The notes beneath the pieces were generated by a model that was given only the letters and a program-made list of their open reading frames with translations, had not been told where the DNA came from and made no database searches. From positions 62,001 through 126,000 of the IMG/VR virus record IMGVR_UViG_3300024350_000252: a stretch of 64,000 nt of DNA. One strand, 5' to 3'. A program made the position numbers and the translations under genes. Of this stretch, positions 7,215 through 16,197 are shown piece after piece (within the stretch, counting starts at the first letter, position 1; each line of letters opens with the position of its first letter).

Positions 7215-9887
7215 ATGAGTTACGTTGACGCTTTGTACAGCAGAGATTCTGATCTTGTAAGTATCGTAGAACGAGATAAAGAAGGTCGCAGACAATATAA
7301 AGAATTTCCTGCTAGATATATTTTCTATTATCCAGATACTAGAGGCAAGTATACCAGTGTGTACGGTGACACACTAAACAGAGTTACTTGTAAGAACCTC
7401 AAAGAATTCCACAAAGAAATAAAGATACACGGTAGCCAACGGCTATTTGAATCCGACATCAATCCTATATTCCGATGCCTAGAAGAAAATTATCTAGGAC
7501 AAGATGCTCCAAAATTGAATGTAGCATTTTTCGACATCGAAGTCGATTTCGATCCTGAACGCGGTTACGCATCGCCTGAAGATGCTTTCATGCCTATCAC
7601 TTCTATCGCTATACATCTACAATGGTTAGATACACTAGTCTGTTTGGCTGTGCCTCCAAAAACGATGTCTATGGCCGAAGCTACAGAAGCTGTTAAAGAA
7701 TTCCCTAATACATATCTCTTCGAAACTGAAGCGGAGATGTTAGACAACTTTCTAACTCTTATTGAAGACGCAGACGTTATCAGTGGTTGGAACAGCGAAG
7801 GATATGATATTCCCTATACTGTTAATCGTGTTACCAAAGCATTAAGCAAAGAAGATACTCGCAGATTCTGCCTTTGGGATCAGTTTCCCAAAAAGCGCGA
7901 ATATGAAAAGTTTGGTAAGACCGCAGTTACATACGACTTCATCGGTCGTGTACATCTAGACAGTCTAGAACTTTATAGAAAATATACCTACGAAGAACGC
8001 CACACCTATAGATTAGATGCTATCGGTGAGATGGAAATCGGAGAAAACAAAACTGTCTATGAAGGCACACTAGATCAATTGTATAACAACGACTTCCGTA
8101 AGTTTATCGAATACAATAGACAAGACTGTGCGTTGTTAGATAAACTTGATAAAAAACTAAAATTTATCGATCTAGCCAATCAGATCGCACATGAAAATAC
8201 TGTGTTGCTACAGACCACTATGGGTGCTGTAGCTGTTACTGAACAGGCTATTATTAACGAAGCACACCGCAGAGGCATGATCGTGCCCAACAGAGCCAAT
8301 AGAGATTCACACGGCGATACACAGGCTGCTGGTGCGTATGTAGCATATCCAAAGAAGGGTATAGCAGAATGGATTGGATCAGTTGACATTAACTCACTGT
8401 ATCCGTCTGCTATTCGTGCTCTAAACATGGGTCCAGAAACAGTGATAGGACAGTTGCGTCCAGATTATACCAAAGCCTATATTGACGAGCAGATGGTACG
8501 TCACGGTAAGTCATTTGCCGCAGCTTGGGAAGGACTTTTCGGAACATTAGAATACGAATTTGTAATGGATCGAAATGTCGCTAAAGAAATCACTATCGAC
8601 TGGGAAAAGGGCGGCAGTGACACGCTCTCAGGAGCCCAAATTAATGATCTCATATTTGATAGCAACCAACCGTGGATGTTGTCAGCTAATGGTACTATCT
8701 TTACATATGAAAAAGAAGGTGTAATACCAGGTCTGCTAAAACGCTGGTATGCTGAACGTAAAGAACTACAGGCCAAATTAAAAGAAAGTATTGCCGCAGG
8801 TAATAAGATTGAAGAAGAATACTGGGACAAACGACAGCTGGTCAAGAAGATTAACTTGAATAGTTTGTATGGTGCTATTCTTAACGTTGGCTGTAGATTC
8901 TTTGATCCGCGCATAGGACAATCTACTACACTCAGTGGTCGTACTATCGTGAAACATATGGCTAGTAAGATCAACGAAATTATTACAGGTGAATATGACT
9001 ACAAGGGCAAAGCTATCATCTACGGCGACACCGACTCTTGTTATTTTTCCGCATACAATGTTCTCAAGAAAGAAATCGAATCTGGTCAGATTCCTTGGAC
9101 TAAAGAAACTGTAATACAGCTATATGATCAGATAGCAGAAGAAACTAATCTTAGCTTTGCTAAGATGATGAACGAAAAATTCCATTGTCCAAAGACACGC
9201 GGCGAAGTCATACGTGCTGGTCGTGAAATCGTAGCATCAAAAGGATTGTTTATTACCAAGAAACGTTATGCTGTTCTTTATTACGACAAGGAAGGCAAAC
9301 GATCTGATGTTGACGGCAAGCCTGGCAAGATCAAAGCTATGGGGCTGGATCTTAAGCGTTCAGATACTCCTGTAATCATTCAGAACTTTCTAAGCGAAGT
9401 ATTAGAAAAAGTTCTTAAAGGTACTGACAGAGATGAAATCCTAAACTTTATCACGGAGTTTAGGACTGAGTTTAAATTAAGACCTGGTTGGGAGAAAGGA
9501 TCGCCCAAGCGAGCCAATAACATAACAGAATATCAAGCCAAAGAAAAGAAAGCAGGCAAAGCTAATATGCCAGGACATGTGCGAGCCAGTATCAATTGGA
9601 ATACTCTCAAACGCATGTATGGTGACAAGTATTCTATGAATATCACCGATGGTGCCAAAGTTATTGTGTGTAAGTTAAAAGAAAATCCCATGGGATATAC
9701 TTCTGTAGCTTATCCGGTAGACGAACTTAGACTACCATCGTGGTTCAAAGAATTACCATTCAATGACGGTGAGATGGAAAATGCCGTCATAGATGAAAAA
9801 CTAGAAAATTTGATCGGTGTGCTAGAGTGGGACATCAGTCAGACTAGAAGCGATAACACCTTTAACTCGCTTTTTGATTTTGAATAA
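7215..9887 (+). CDS. Family B DNA polymerase (T4 gp43-like)
   Basis: Exo motifs FDIE, WNSEGYD, YNRQD; Pol motifs DINSLYPS, KxxLNSLYG, YGDTDS; start moved to ATG 7215 behind AGGAG. Confidence 0.97.
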   Translation: MSYVDALYSRDSDLVSIVERDKEGRRQYKEFPARYIFYYPDTRGKYTSVYGDTLNRVTCKNLKEFHKEIKIHGSQRLFESDINPIFRCLEENYLGQDAPKLNVAFFDIEVDFDPERGYASPEDAFMPITSIAIHLQWLDTLVCLAVPPKTMSMAEATEAVKEFPNTYLFETEAEMLDNFLTLIEDADVISGWNSEGYDIPYTVNRVTKALSKEDTRRFCLWDQFPKKREYEKFGKTAVTYDFIGRVHLDSLELYRKYTYEERHTYRLDAIGEMEIGENKTVYEGTLDQLYNNDFRKFIEYNRQDCALLDKLDKKLKFIDLANQIAHENTVLLQTTMGAVAVTEQAIINEAHRRGMIVPNRANRDSHGDTQAAGAYVAYPKKGIAEWIGSVDINSLYPSAIRALNMGPETVIGQLRPDYTKAYIDEQMVRHGKSFAAAWEGLFGTLEYEFVMDRNVAKEITIDWEKGGSDTLSGAQINDLIFDSNQPWMLSANGTIFTYEKEGVIPGLLKRWYAERKELQAKLKESIAAGNKIEEEYWDKRQLVKKINLNSLYGAILNVGCRFFDPRIGQSTTLSGRTIVKHMASKINEIITGEYDYKGKAIIYGDTDSCYFSAYNVLKKEIESGQIPWTKETVIQLYDQIAEETNLSFAKMMNEKFHCPKTRGEVIRAGREIVASKGLFITKKRYAVLYYDKEGKRSDVDGKPGKIKAMGLDLKRSDTPVIIQNFLSEVLEKVLKGTDRDEILNFITEFRTEFKLRPGWEKGSPKRANNITEYQAKEKKAGKANMPGHVRASINWNTLKRMYGDKYSMNITDGAKVIVCKLKENPMGYTSVAYPVDELRLPSWFKELPFNDGEMENAVIDEKLENLIGVLEWDISQTRSDNTFNSLFDFE

Positions 9888-9894
9888 ATTTCAC

Positions 9895-9923
9895 TTGACA
9901 TTTACTCACGATCTAAATAAAAT
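9895..9923 (+). promoter_or_regulatory. sigma70-type promoter TTGACA-N17-TAAAAT
   Basis: Consensus -35, 17-nt spacer, near-consensus -10 in intergenic gap; CTAAATA (late-like) overlaps the -10. Confidence 0.8.
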
Positions 9924-9946
9924 TAACTTATACATGGAGAACTCTA

Positions 9947-10684
9947 ATGAAGGACATTTTACAAGACATCGTAAGCCATACACAGAACCTAGGATTCCTA
10001 ACTACTGTTAAGGTTACGGGCACAGAAGAAAGCACAACTTTCTTTTCTATGGCAGAAGATCGTTCAGTGATCATGGATGCCAATACACACAATCCATATC
10101 CTGATATGATTGGTACTTTTGGTATGCCTCAACTACAAAAGTTGAAGTATCTGCTAGATGGATCAGAATACAAAGAAGATGCTAAGATCAATATTTTCAA
10201 AGCAGAACGCAACGGCGAGACCCTGCCAGTAGGCATCCACTTTGAAAATAAAGATGGCGACTTCAAGAACGACTATCGTTTTATGAGCATGGAAGCTGTA
10301 AACGAAAAGCTAAAGAATGTTAAGTTCCGTGGCGTTGCTTGGCACGTAGAATTAGAACCCAGTGTGGCAGCAGTGGCTCGTTTCAATTTCCAAGCAGGTG
10401 CTCATAGCGAACATCCAACATTCTTGGCCAAGACAGAAAACAACAATCTAAAGTTTATCTTCGGTGATGCTAGCACACACGGTGGTGAATTTGTTTTTGC
10501 TACCGATGTCGTAGGTACGTTGAACAAGGGTTGGACTTGGCCAGTGTTGCCAGTACTAAGCATCTTGAAGATTGCTGATGTTAATAATACCAAGATGAAA
10601 CTTTCCAACGAAGGTGCTATCGAAATCACACTAGACAGCGGGTTGACTACTTACAGGTATATCATTCCAGCACAGGCGTCTTGA
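9947..10684 (+). CDS. Probable DNA polymerase sliding clamp (gp45-like)
   Basis: 245 aa alpha/beta pattern typical of clamps, ending in a beta-strand ...YRYIIPA; directly downstream of the polymerase. Confidence 0.6.
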   Translation: MKDILQDIVSHTQNLGFLTTVKVTGTEESTTFFSMAEDRSVIMDANTHNPYPDMIGTFGMPQLQKLKYLLDGSEYKEDAKINIFKAERNGETLPVGIHFENKDGDFKNDYRFMSMEAVNEKLKNVKFRGVAWHVELEPSVAAVARFNFQAGAHSEHPTFLAKTENNNLKFIFGDASTHGGEFVFATDVVGTLNKGWTWPVLPVLSILKIADVNNTKMKLSNEGAIEITLDSGLTTYRYIIPAQAS

Positions 10685-10688
10685 TATC

Positions 10689-10787
10689 ATGGATCTTGAT
10701 TTAATTTTCAGTCTTGTAGCATTAGTGGTCGTGGTTGGCATGATCGCTTTTGCTATTAAGGCAACTAAAGGTGATTGCGATGATTAA
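10689..10787 (+). CDS. 32-aa single-TM membrane peptide (MDLDLIFSLVALVVVVGMIAFAIKATKGDCDD)
   Basis: Fills gap between two genes; one strongly hydrophobic helix; below track cutoff. Confidence 0.55.
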   Translation: MDLDLIFSLVALVVVVGMIAFAIKATKGDCDD

Positions 10788-11175
10788 AAATATTACTACC
10801 AACAGCCGTTACTTAAATGTACAAGGCGGTTCTCCTATGAGCACATATATCAGTCCAGGCAGTTTGTCTGCTGGTTCTCTAAGATACAATCCGAATAATT
10901 CGGCCGTAGAAGTCTATGACGGAAATTCATGGAAAGAAATGGGTATGAGCTATGCCAGCGTGAATCTTTCTTCAGAAGCAGAAGCATTGCTGGATTGGGC
11001 ACGTCAGAGACGCAACGAAGAACAAGAATATGAACGGTTGGCTTCTACTAATCAAGCTGTTAAAATAGCTATGGAGAATGTAGAAAAAGCCAAACAACAA
11101 TTAACAATAACAGCAAAACTAGCCAAAGATACATATCACGATCATGGCGAAGTTATGGAACAGGCAAGCCCTTAA
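10780..11175 (+). CDS. Hypothetical protein with C-terminal coiled coil
   Basis: ORF track; start moved to ATG 10780 behind AAGGTG. Confidence 0.75.
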   Translation: MIKNITTNSRYLNVQGGSPMSTYISPGSLSAGSLRYNPNNSAVEVYDGNSWKEMGMSYASVNLSSEAEALLDWARQRRNEEQEYERLASTNQAVKIAMENVEKAKQQLTITAKLAKDTYHDHGEVMEQASP

Positions 11176-11176
11176 T

Positions 11177-12700
11177 ATGAACCCACCAGTCAACTTAACA
11201 CCTTTACAAAAAGATTACGCAGTATATCTGCCAGCTATCAGCTGTTTCTTTAGCACGTATATCAGTAAACAACGTTTCGAACAATTCGTTCCCGACGATC
11301 GTATTCCACAAGGTTTCGATCGTGGTATCGAAGGTATGAACTTTCTTAATCCTGAACAAGGGTACTTTACTTACAAGTATGGTCTTTATTCCGCAGGACA
11401 TGCTACACTAGATCTTAACAAGACTATGACCATGGATGCGATGATCCAAGATCGCGATCGTGCTAACACTGTTATCGTTGGAGATTCCGGTGGATATCAG
11501 ATTGGTAAAGGTGTTCTTAAGTTTGACTGGCAGAACTTTGAAGGCAAGGCTGCTAATGATGTTCGTGATAAGATCCTTAATTGGCTAGAGCTAACTGCTG
11601 ATTGGTCTATGTTGCTAGACGTTCCGACATGGGCTTGTGATCATATACACAGTCCAAAGACAGGTCTTAAGAGCTTCCAAGACTGTTTAGATAAAACTCT
11701 ACATAATAACGATTACTTTATCCGTAATCGACTAGGACAAACTAAGTTTCTAAACGTGTTACAAGGCAGCGACTGGGAAACAGCCGATGCTTGGTATCAG
11801 GCTGTCAAACATCTTCCTACCGAAGGTTGGGCGATGGGTGGTAAGAACATGTGCGACATGGAAATCGCACTTAAACGTCTTATCATATTGCGAGATGAAA
11901 AGCTGTTAGACGATCGTAATTGGATGCACTTCTTGGGTACAGCCCAATTAGATTGGTCTTGCTATTTGACTTCTATTCAAAGACAGATTAGGAAGAACGT
12001 AAATGAAAACTTTACCATATCTTTTGATTGCGCATCACCGTTTATCGCAACAGCACACGGGCTCGTCTACACAAACGCACAGCACACAAACAAACGCTGG
12101 TCAGTTATCATGGACAAAGCCCCAGACAACAAAGCCCTTAGCCAGGCTTTTCATGTCCCGTTCCCCTTCGAATCAGAAATAGGACGCAGGCTGTCAATCG
12201 GAGACATCTGCTGGTACAAACCAGGTATGTTAAACAAAGTCGGCAAAGAAGGCAAGACAAGCTGGGACAGCTTTGGTTATGCGCTTATGATGGCACATAA
12301 CACATATTGCCATATCGTTGCTGTACAACGTGCTAACAATCTCATGGATATCGAAACTAAGAAGATACAGCCTGATTGGAAACTATGGCGTAAGGTCAAA
12401 GAAAACGATATGAGCGATGAATACTCTGATTGGGTTCCTCGCAATATCCTGTATTTTGATAGATTTGTCGAAGAGTTATTCAAATCAGAAACTCCGATGC
12501 AGATGATCGAACAGGCAAGACCTATGCTCAATGACATGATGGGTATGAGATTGAAAGGTGGTGTTGCTAAGAACACATACAATTCGCTGTTTGAAGAAGA
12601 TCAAAAAACAGGAACAGTAGAAGACTTCATGGATCCAAATGATGAAGCACTTTTGGAATTAGAAGAACTCTATCACGAGCAGGAGGCTCAGCATGTATGA
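11177..12700 (+). CDS. tRNA-guanine transglycosylase-fold protein (DpdA/TGT-like base-exchange enzyme)
   Basis: GDSGGYQIG, LDVP, NVLQG, WAMGG, HFLG, SFDCASP motifs follow the TGT barrel order; context with folE, queD-like and queE. Confidence 0.8.
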   Translation: MNPPVNLTPLQKDYAVYLPAISCFFSTYISKQRFEQFVPDDRIPQGFDRGIEGMNFLNPEQGYFTYKYGLYSAGHATLDLNKTMTMDAMIQDRDRANTVIVGDSGGYQIGKGVLKFDWQNFEGKAANDVRDKILNWLELTADWSMLLDVPTWACDHIHSPKTGLKSFQDCLDKTLHNNDYFIRNRLGQTKFLNVLQGSDWETADAWYQAVKHLPTEGWAMGGKNMCDMEIALKRLIILRDEKLLDDRNWMHFLGTAQLDWSCYLTSIQRQIRKNVNENFTISFDCASPFIATAHGLVYTNAQHTNKRWSVIMDKAPDNKALSQAFHVPFPFESEIGRRLSIGDICWYKPGMLNKVGKEGKTSWDSFGYALMMAHNTYCHIVAVQRANNLMDIETKKIQPDWKLWRKVKENDMSDEYSDWVPRNILYFDRFVEELFKSETPMQMIEQARPMLNDMMGMRLKGGVAKNTYNSLFEEDQKTGTVEDFMDPNDEALLELEELYHEQEAQHV

Positions 12701-12908
12701 GAATCGAATCAAGCACTTACAAGAAGTACATCAACACCTAGATAACCAAATCGATAAAATGGAGCGAAATGGTAATTTCAAAGATGAAGAACTAGCTGCT
12801 TTGAAAAAGAAAAGGTTGTTTTTTAGAGACGAAATTGCTAAACTAGAACGTAAGCAATGGGAACACGATCACGATACATTGGAACACTGGGATGACGAAG
12901 AAAGATAA
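12693..12908 (+). CDS. DUF465/YdcH-like coiled-coil protein
   Basis: L...H..LD.QI...E......EE...LKKKRL..RDEI pattern. Confidence 0.7.
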   Translation: MYENRIKHLQEVHQHLDNQIDKMERNGNFKDEELAALKKKRLFFRDEIAKLERKQWEHDHDTLEHWDDEER

Positions 12909-13122
12909 ACCAATTCCTCCGGCACAATTTGCTCTCAATAGGACTCAAGTCGAAAAACTATCTAAAATGGCCGCGCACTTCAAAGAAGTAGAATGGTTTA
13001 CCTTAGAGGAAAGCCATAGTAGCGGTATCGGTCCTACTGTCGTAGTTAAATTCAATCTGTTCAACGATAACGACAAAGATAACGACACTACCGTCGATAT
13101 CACTGACGTTTCAACTTGGTGA
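12892..13122 (+). CDS. Hypothetical protein
   Basis: ORF track; overlapping operon-style packing. Confidence 0.75.
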   Translation: MTKKDKPIPPAQFALNRTQVEKLSKMAAHFKEVEWFTLEESHSSGIGPTVVVKFNLFNDNDKDNDTTVDITDVSTW

Positions 13123-13125
13123 AAT

Positions 13126-13671
13126 ATGAAAAGAGATTATTCATCTGGACAAGCAGACGACGCTGTATTTTTCACAGGTATTGAAGTAGAAAAAACTCCT
13201 GCCTTTGGATTAAAGACTTTATTCGTTGTAGGAGTACAGCCTACTAGCAAAATTCATGCGGCAGCAGTAGCATATGGCTGTGAACATATCTATTTTGGCG
13301 CTAATCAAAGTTTTCCTAAGCTACAAGTCAACGACGGTGACGGATGGCGTCCATGGGAAGATATGATCCAAACAATGTTACGAAGTGGTCTTAGAGACGG
13401 ACATCAATACCTATGTACTTTAGATCTTGATGTTAGTTGCGTAGAAGGTCTTCTTGAATCTGCGTGTTGCGAATATACAAATTTCATTCCGCAGATATCT
13501 GTAAAGATCCCCTATCTACAACAATTAGGCTATAATGCCACAATTAAAATCGACGATAGAGATTTTAATGCTACTAATCACGGAGTGTGGTGCCATAACC
13601 TCCATGACCTACTGGGAAGAGATCGCTTCACTAGTTGGACCGAATATGGTAAAGATGAGATTATAAAGTAA
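13126..13671 (+). CDS. Hypothetical enzyme-like protein within the deazaguanine cluster
   Basis: alpha/beta pattern with motifs such as FTGxEVExT, HIYFGANQS and KIDDxDF. Confidence 0.8.
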   Translation: MKRDYSSGQADDAVFFTGIEVEKTPAFGLKTLFVVGVQPTSKIHAAAVAYGCEHIYFGANQSFPKLQVNDGDGWRPWEDMIQTMLRSGLRDGHQYLCTLDLDVSCVEGLLESACCEYTNFIPQISVKIPYLQQLGYNATIKIDDRDFNATNHGVWCHNLHDLLGRDRFTSWTEYGKDEIIK

Positions 13672-14000
13672 TGGCAACTGGACAATATGCTGTCGAAACA
13701 ACAGCAAAAACACAAAGGCAAGTAATGAAACGATCTTTTAAACAAAAATTTCGATCTTGGTTATTCGACGAAGAAAGTTCTCAACCAATAGCTTCTCTCG
13801 GAATGGTCGAAGAAGCTAAACTACAATCAGAAGGTATGCGACTACAAATCTACAAGGCATCTGGCGGTTATGTAGTTGAAACTAGAAGCTATGATCGTTT
13901 AAAGGATCGTAGCGGTTGTAAGATGTTCGTTATCAAAGAAGAAGACGACCTAGGCACAGAACTAGGAAAGATCGTCATGATGGAGGCATTAAGAGGATGA
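13671..14000 (+). CDS. Hypothetical protein
   Basis: TAATG coupling. Confidence 0.75.
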   Translation: MATGQYAVETTAKTQRQVMKRSFKQKFRSWLFDEESSQPIASLGMVEEAKLQSEGMRLQIYKASGGYVVETRSYDRLKDRSGCKMFVIKEEDDLGTELGKIVMMEALRG

Positions 14001-14392
14001 ATATTCGGCAGGACGTCCGCCCTAACAAAATGATTTGGGTCACTTTTCGCAAAGAAGGTATTCATAAATATCCAGCAGCCTTGGAAGATCCAAGTCTAGC
14101 TACTGGAGATGAATATGACGTATCGTTTTTGGGTTACCCTCATCGCCACATCTTTCATTTCAGGGTGTGGATCAATGTGCTCCACAATGATAGGGACATC
14201 GAGTTCATCCAATTCAAACGATGGCTCGAGTCGCTGTATAATGGTCAAGGTGCCGTTCTAAGCCTTGACTACAAGAGTTGTGAGATGATGAGCGATGATT
14301 TACACGCTCAGATTATCGCAAAGTACCCAGGCCGCGAGGTTTGGATTGAGATCTCCGAAGACGGAGAAAATGGTTCATTCATCAAATATTAA
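13997..14392 (+). CDS. queD: QueD-like 6-carboxytetrahydropterin synthase (T-fold, phage variant)
   Basis: HRHIFH metal-binding motif, DRDIEFI, SCE and terminal V.I.EDGENG strand; context. Confidence 0.65.
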   Translation: MNIRQDVRPNKMIWVTFRKEGIHKYPAALEDPSLATGDEYDVSFLGYPHRHIFHFRVWINVLHNDRDIEFIQFKRWLESLYNGQGAVLSLDYKSCEMMSDDLHAQIIAKYPGREVWIEISEDGENGSFIKY

Positions 14393-14406
14393 AACAAGAG
14401 GCTATA

Positions 14407-14673
14407 ATGTCTAAGAACTACAAGGAATATAAGTATTTCGCCAATCGCCCAGATGTCGTCAAGATTTTTGATGACTTAGATGCTTATCTCGACTTTTGTC
14501 GATTTGAGCTTCGTCCTTATAATCCTGCTGATCTTTATAGAAAAGACAGCGAACACTATAGGGCATTTCTAAACTCTCAACGCCATAGCAATGGTGGTTA
14601 TCATAATAACCACAATCATCAACGTAGAGATTTTAGACACAACAATAAGCCAAGAAACTTCACAAGACAATGA
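14407..14673 (+). CDS. Hypothetical protein with low-complexity His/Asn/Arg tail
   Basis: ORF track; AGAGG RBS. Confidence 0.75.
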   Translation: MSKNYKEYKYFANRPDVVKIFDDLDAYLDFCRFELRPYNPADLYRKDSEHYRAFLNSQRHSNGGYHNNHNHQRRDFRHNNKPRNFTRQ

Positions 14674-15761
14674 CAGTATTTTTAGTTGATTTAGAAGCTG
14701 TCGAGACCAGGTACACGGGACAATGGAAGGCTCATGTACCTGAGCTCTTACGAAAAAGGGTACAAAATGTTCAAATTATCGATGGCCCTACGGATATTCC
14801 TGCTGCCACTACGCCTGGTGCTTTTCTCAATTTTGGTGGCACCAATGTATATAAGTCTAGTCAAGTTGAGAAGATTAGCAGACTATTTTGCGCCGGATCA
14901 GTGGGCCCTGGTGATCATTTTATTTTTACAGATGCGTGGCATCCTGGGATCATTAACATCAAATACATGAGTGAGTTACTTGGCATTCCTGTCAAGATAC
15001 ACGCTCTATGGCATGCTGGTAGTTATGATCCTCAGGACTTCTTAGGGCGTCTTATTGGTAACGCAGGTTGGGTAAGACATGCCGAAAAGAGTTTTTTCCA
15101 CGCGATTGATCACAATTATTTTGCTACAGAATTTCATATCAAGATGTTCGATGACAATCTCTTGAATGATGAGATTTTTGAAAATCCATGGAGGCATGAG
15201 GATCTAAAAAATTATCGTGATGATGGTAAGATAATTCGATCTGGTTGGCCTATGGAGTATATGCCAGACACTTTGATCATGTACAAAAACATGCCAAAGA
15301 AAAATGTCATTCTTTTCCCACATCGACTTGCTCCAGAAAAGCAATTAGACATATTCATGGACTTGAAGAAGCATCTTCCTCAATACGAATTCCGTGTATG
15401 TCAAGAATATCCATTGACCAAGAATGAATATCACAATATGCTGGGCGAAGCTAAACTAGTGTTTAGTGCTAATTTACAAGAAACCTTAGGCATAAGTTGG
15501 TACGAAGGCGCACTAGTAGATGCTATTCCAATGGTGCCTGATAGACTCAGCTATAGCGAAATGGCATTAGATACATTTAAGTATCCGAGCAAATGGACAG
15601 AGTCTTTCGAATCGTACGACATCCATAGAAAAGAAGTCTGCCATAAGATTATCCAGTACATGGAAAATTACGAAAAATTCTTACCTAGCCTAAATAAACA
15701 AGTAGATATGTTAACTAAAGACTTCTTCAGTTGCGATAACTTGCTGAAGATGTTAAAATAA
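14670..15761 (+). CDS. GT-B fold glycosyltransferase (GT4-like)
   Basis: HRLAPEK acceptor/donor motif and E-x7-E (ETLGISWYE); two Rossmann-like halves. Confidence 0.85.
   Translation: MTVFLVDLEAVETRYTGQWKAHVPELLRKRVQNVQIIDGPTDIPAATTPGAFLNFGGTNVYKSSQVEKISRLFCAGSVGPGDHFIFTDAWHPGIINIKYMSELLGIPVKIHALWHAGSYDPQDFLGRLIGNAGWVRHAEKSFFHAIDHNYFATEFHIKMFDDNLLNDEIFENPWRHEDLKNYRDDGKIIRSGWPMEYMPDTLIMYKNMPKKNVILFPHRLAPEKQLDIFMDLKKHLPQYEFRVCQEYPLTKNEYHNMLGEAKLVFSANLQETLGISWYEGALVDAIPMVPDRLSYSEMALDTFKYPSKWTESFESYDIHRKEVCHKIIQYMENYEKFLPSLNKQVDMLTKDFFSCDNLLKMLK
15731..15759 (+). promoter_or_regulatory. sigma70-type promoter TTGCGA-N17-TAAAAT with extended -10 TG
   Basis: Overlaps the 3' end of the GT gene; upstream of the 15799/folE block. 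Confidence 0.55.
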
Positions 15762-15798
15762 TACATATGTCATCCACGACACAAACTCGGAGAAAAAA

Positions 15799-16197
15799 AT
15801 GTTAAAGTTTAAAACAATAGAAGATATAACTTCTACTAAAGAAGAATATGATCGATTATACAATATGGATCATATTTTTGTAATTAGAAGCAAGAAACCC
15901 GATGACAACGATTTAACTAAAGCACTGTCGATATTCGAAAGAGACAACTTTGACTGGACTTCAACCCTCAGAGGTCCGTACAAAGGTCAACCAAAAATCA
16001 CAAACGAATTAAATTATCAAGATTATGCTCACGGTTACGTGTTTGAAGTTAGTGATGATAAGTTAATTAATTTCGAAAGAAAAGCATTCATGCTTATTAT
16101 GACAACAGATTTTATCGTTGAAAAATTAGATATAGTAAGATCTAAAAAAGAAGCATCAGACGAAATGTTTTACTCCCTATTTGAGGAACAAGAATAA
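15799..16197 (+). CDS. Hypothetical protein
   Basis: GGAG RBS; TAATG-coupled to folE. Confidence 0.75.
   Translation: MLKFKTIEDITSTKEEYDRLYNMDHIFVIRSKKPDDNDLTKALSIFERDNFDWTSTLRGPYKGQPKITNELNYQDYAHGYVFEVSDDKLINFERKAFMLIMTTDFIVEKLDIVRSKKEASDEMFYSLFEEQE

Noticed and set aside
7215-9887. Intein or intron in the DNA polymerase
   Set aside because: About 890 aa with all exonuclease and polymerase motifs in normal order and spacing; no splice or homing-endonuclease motifs.
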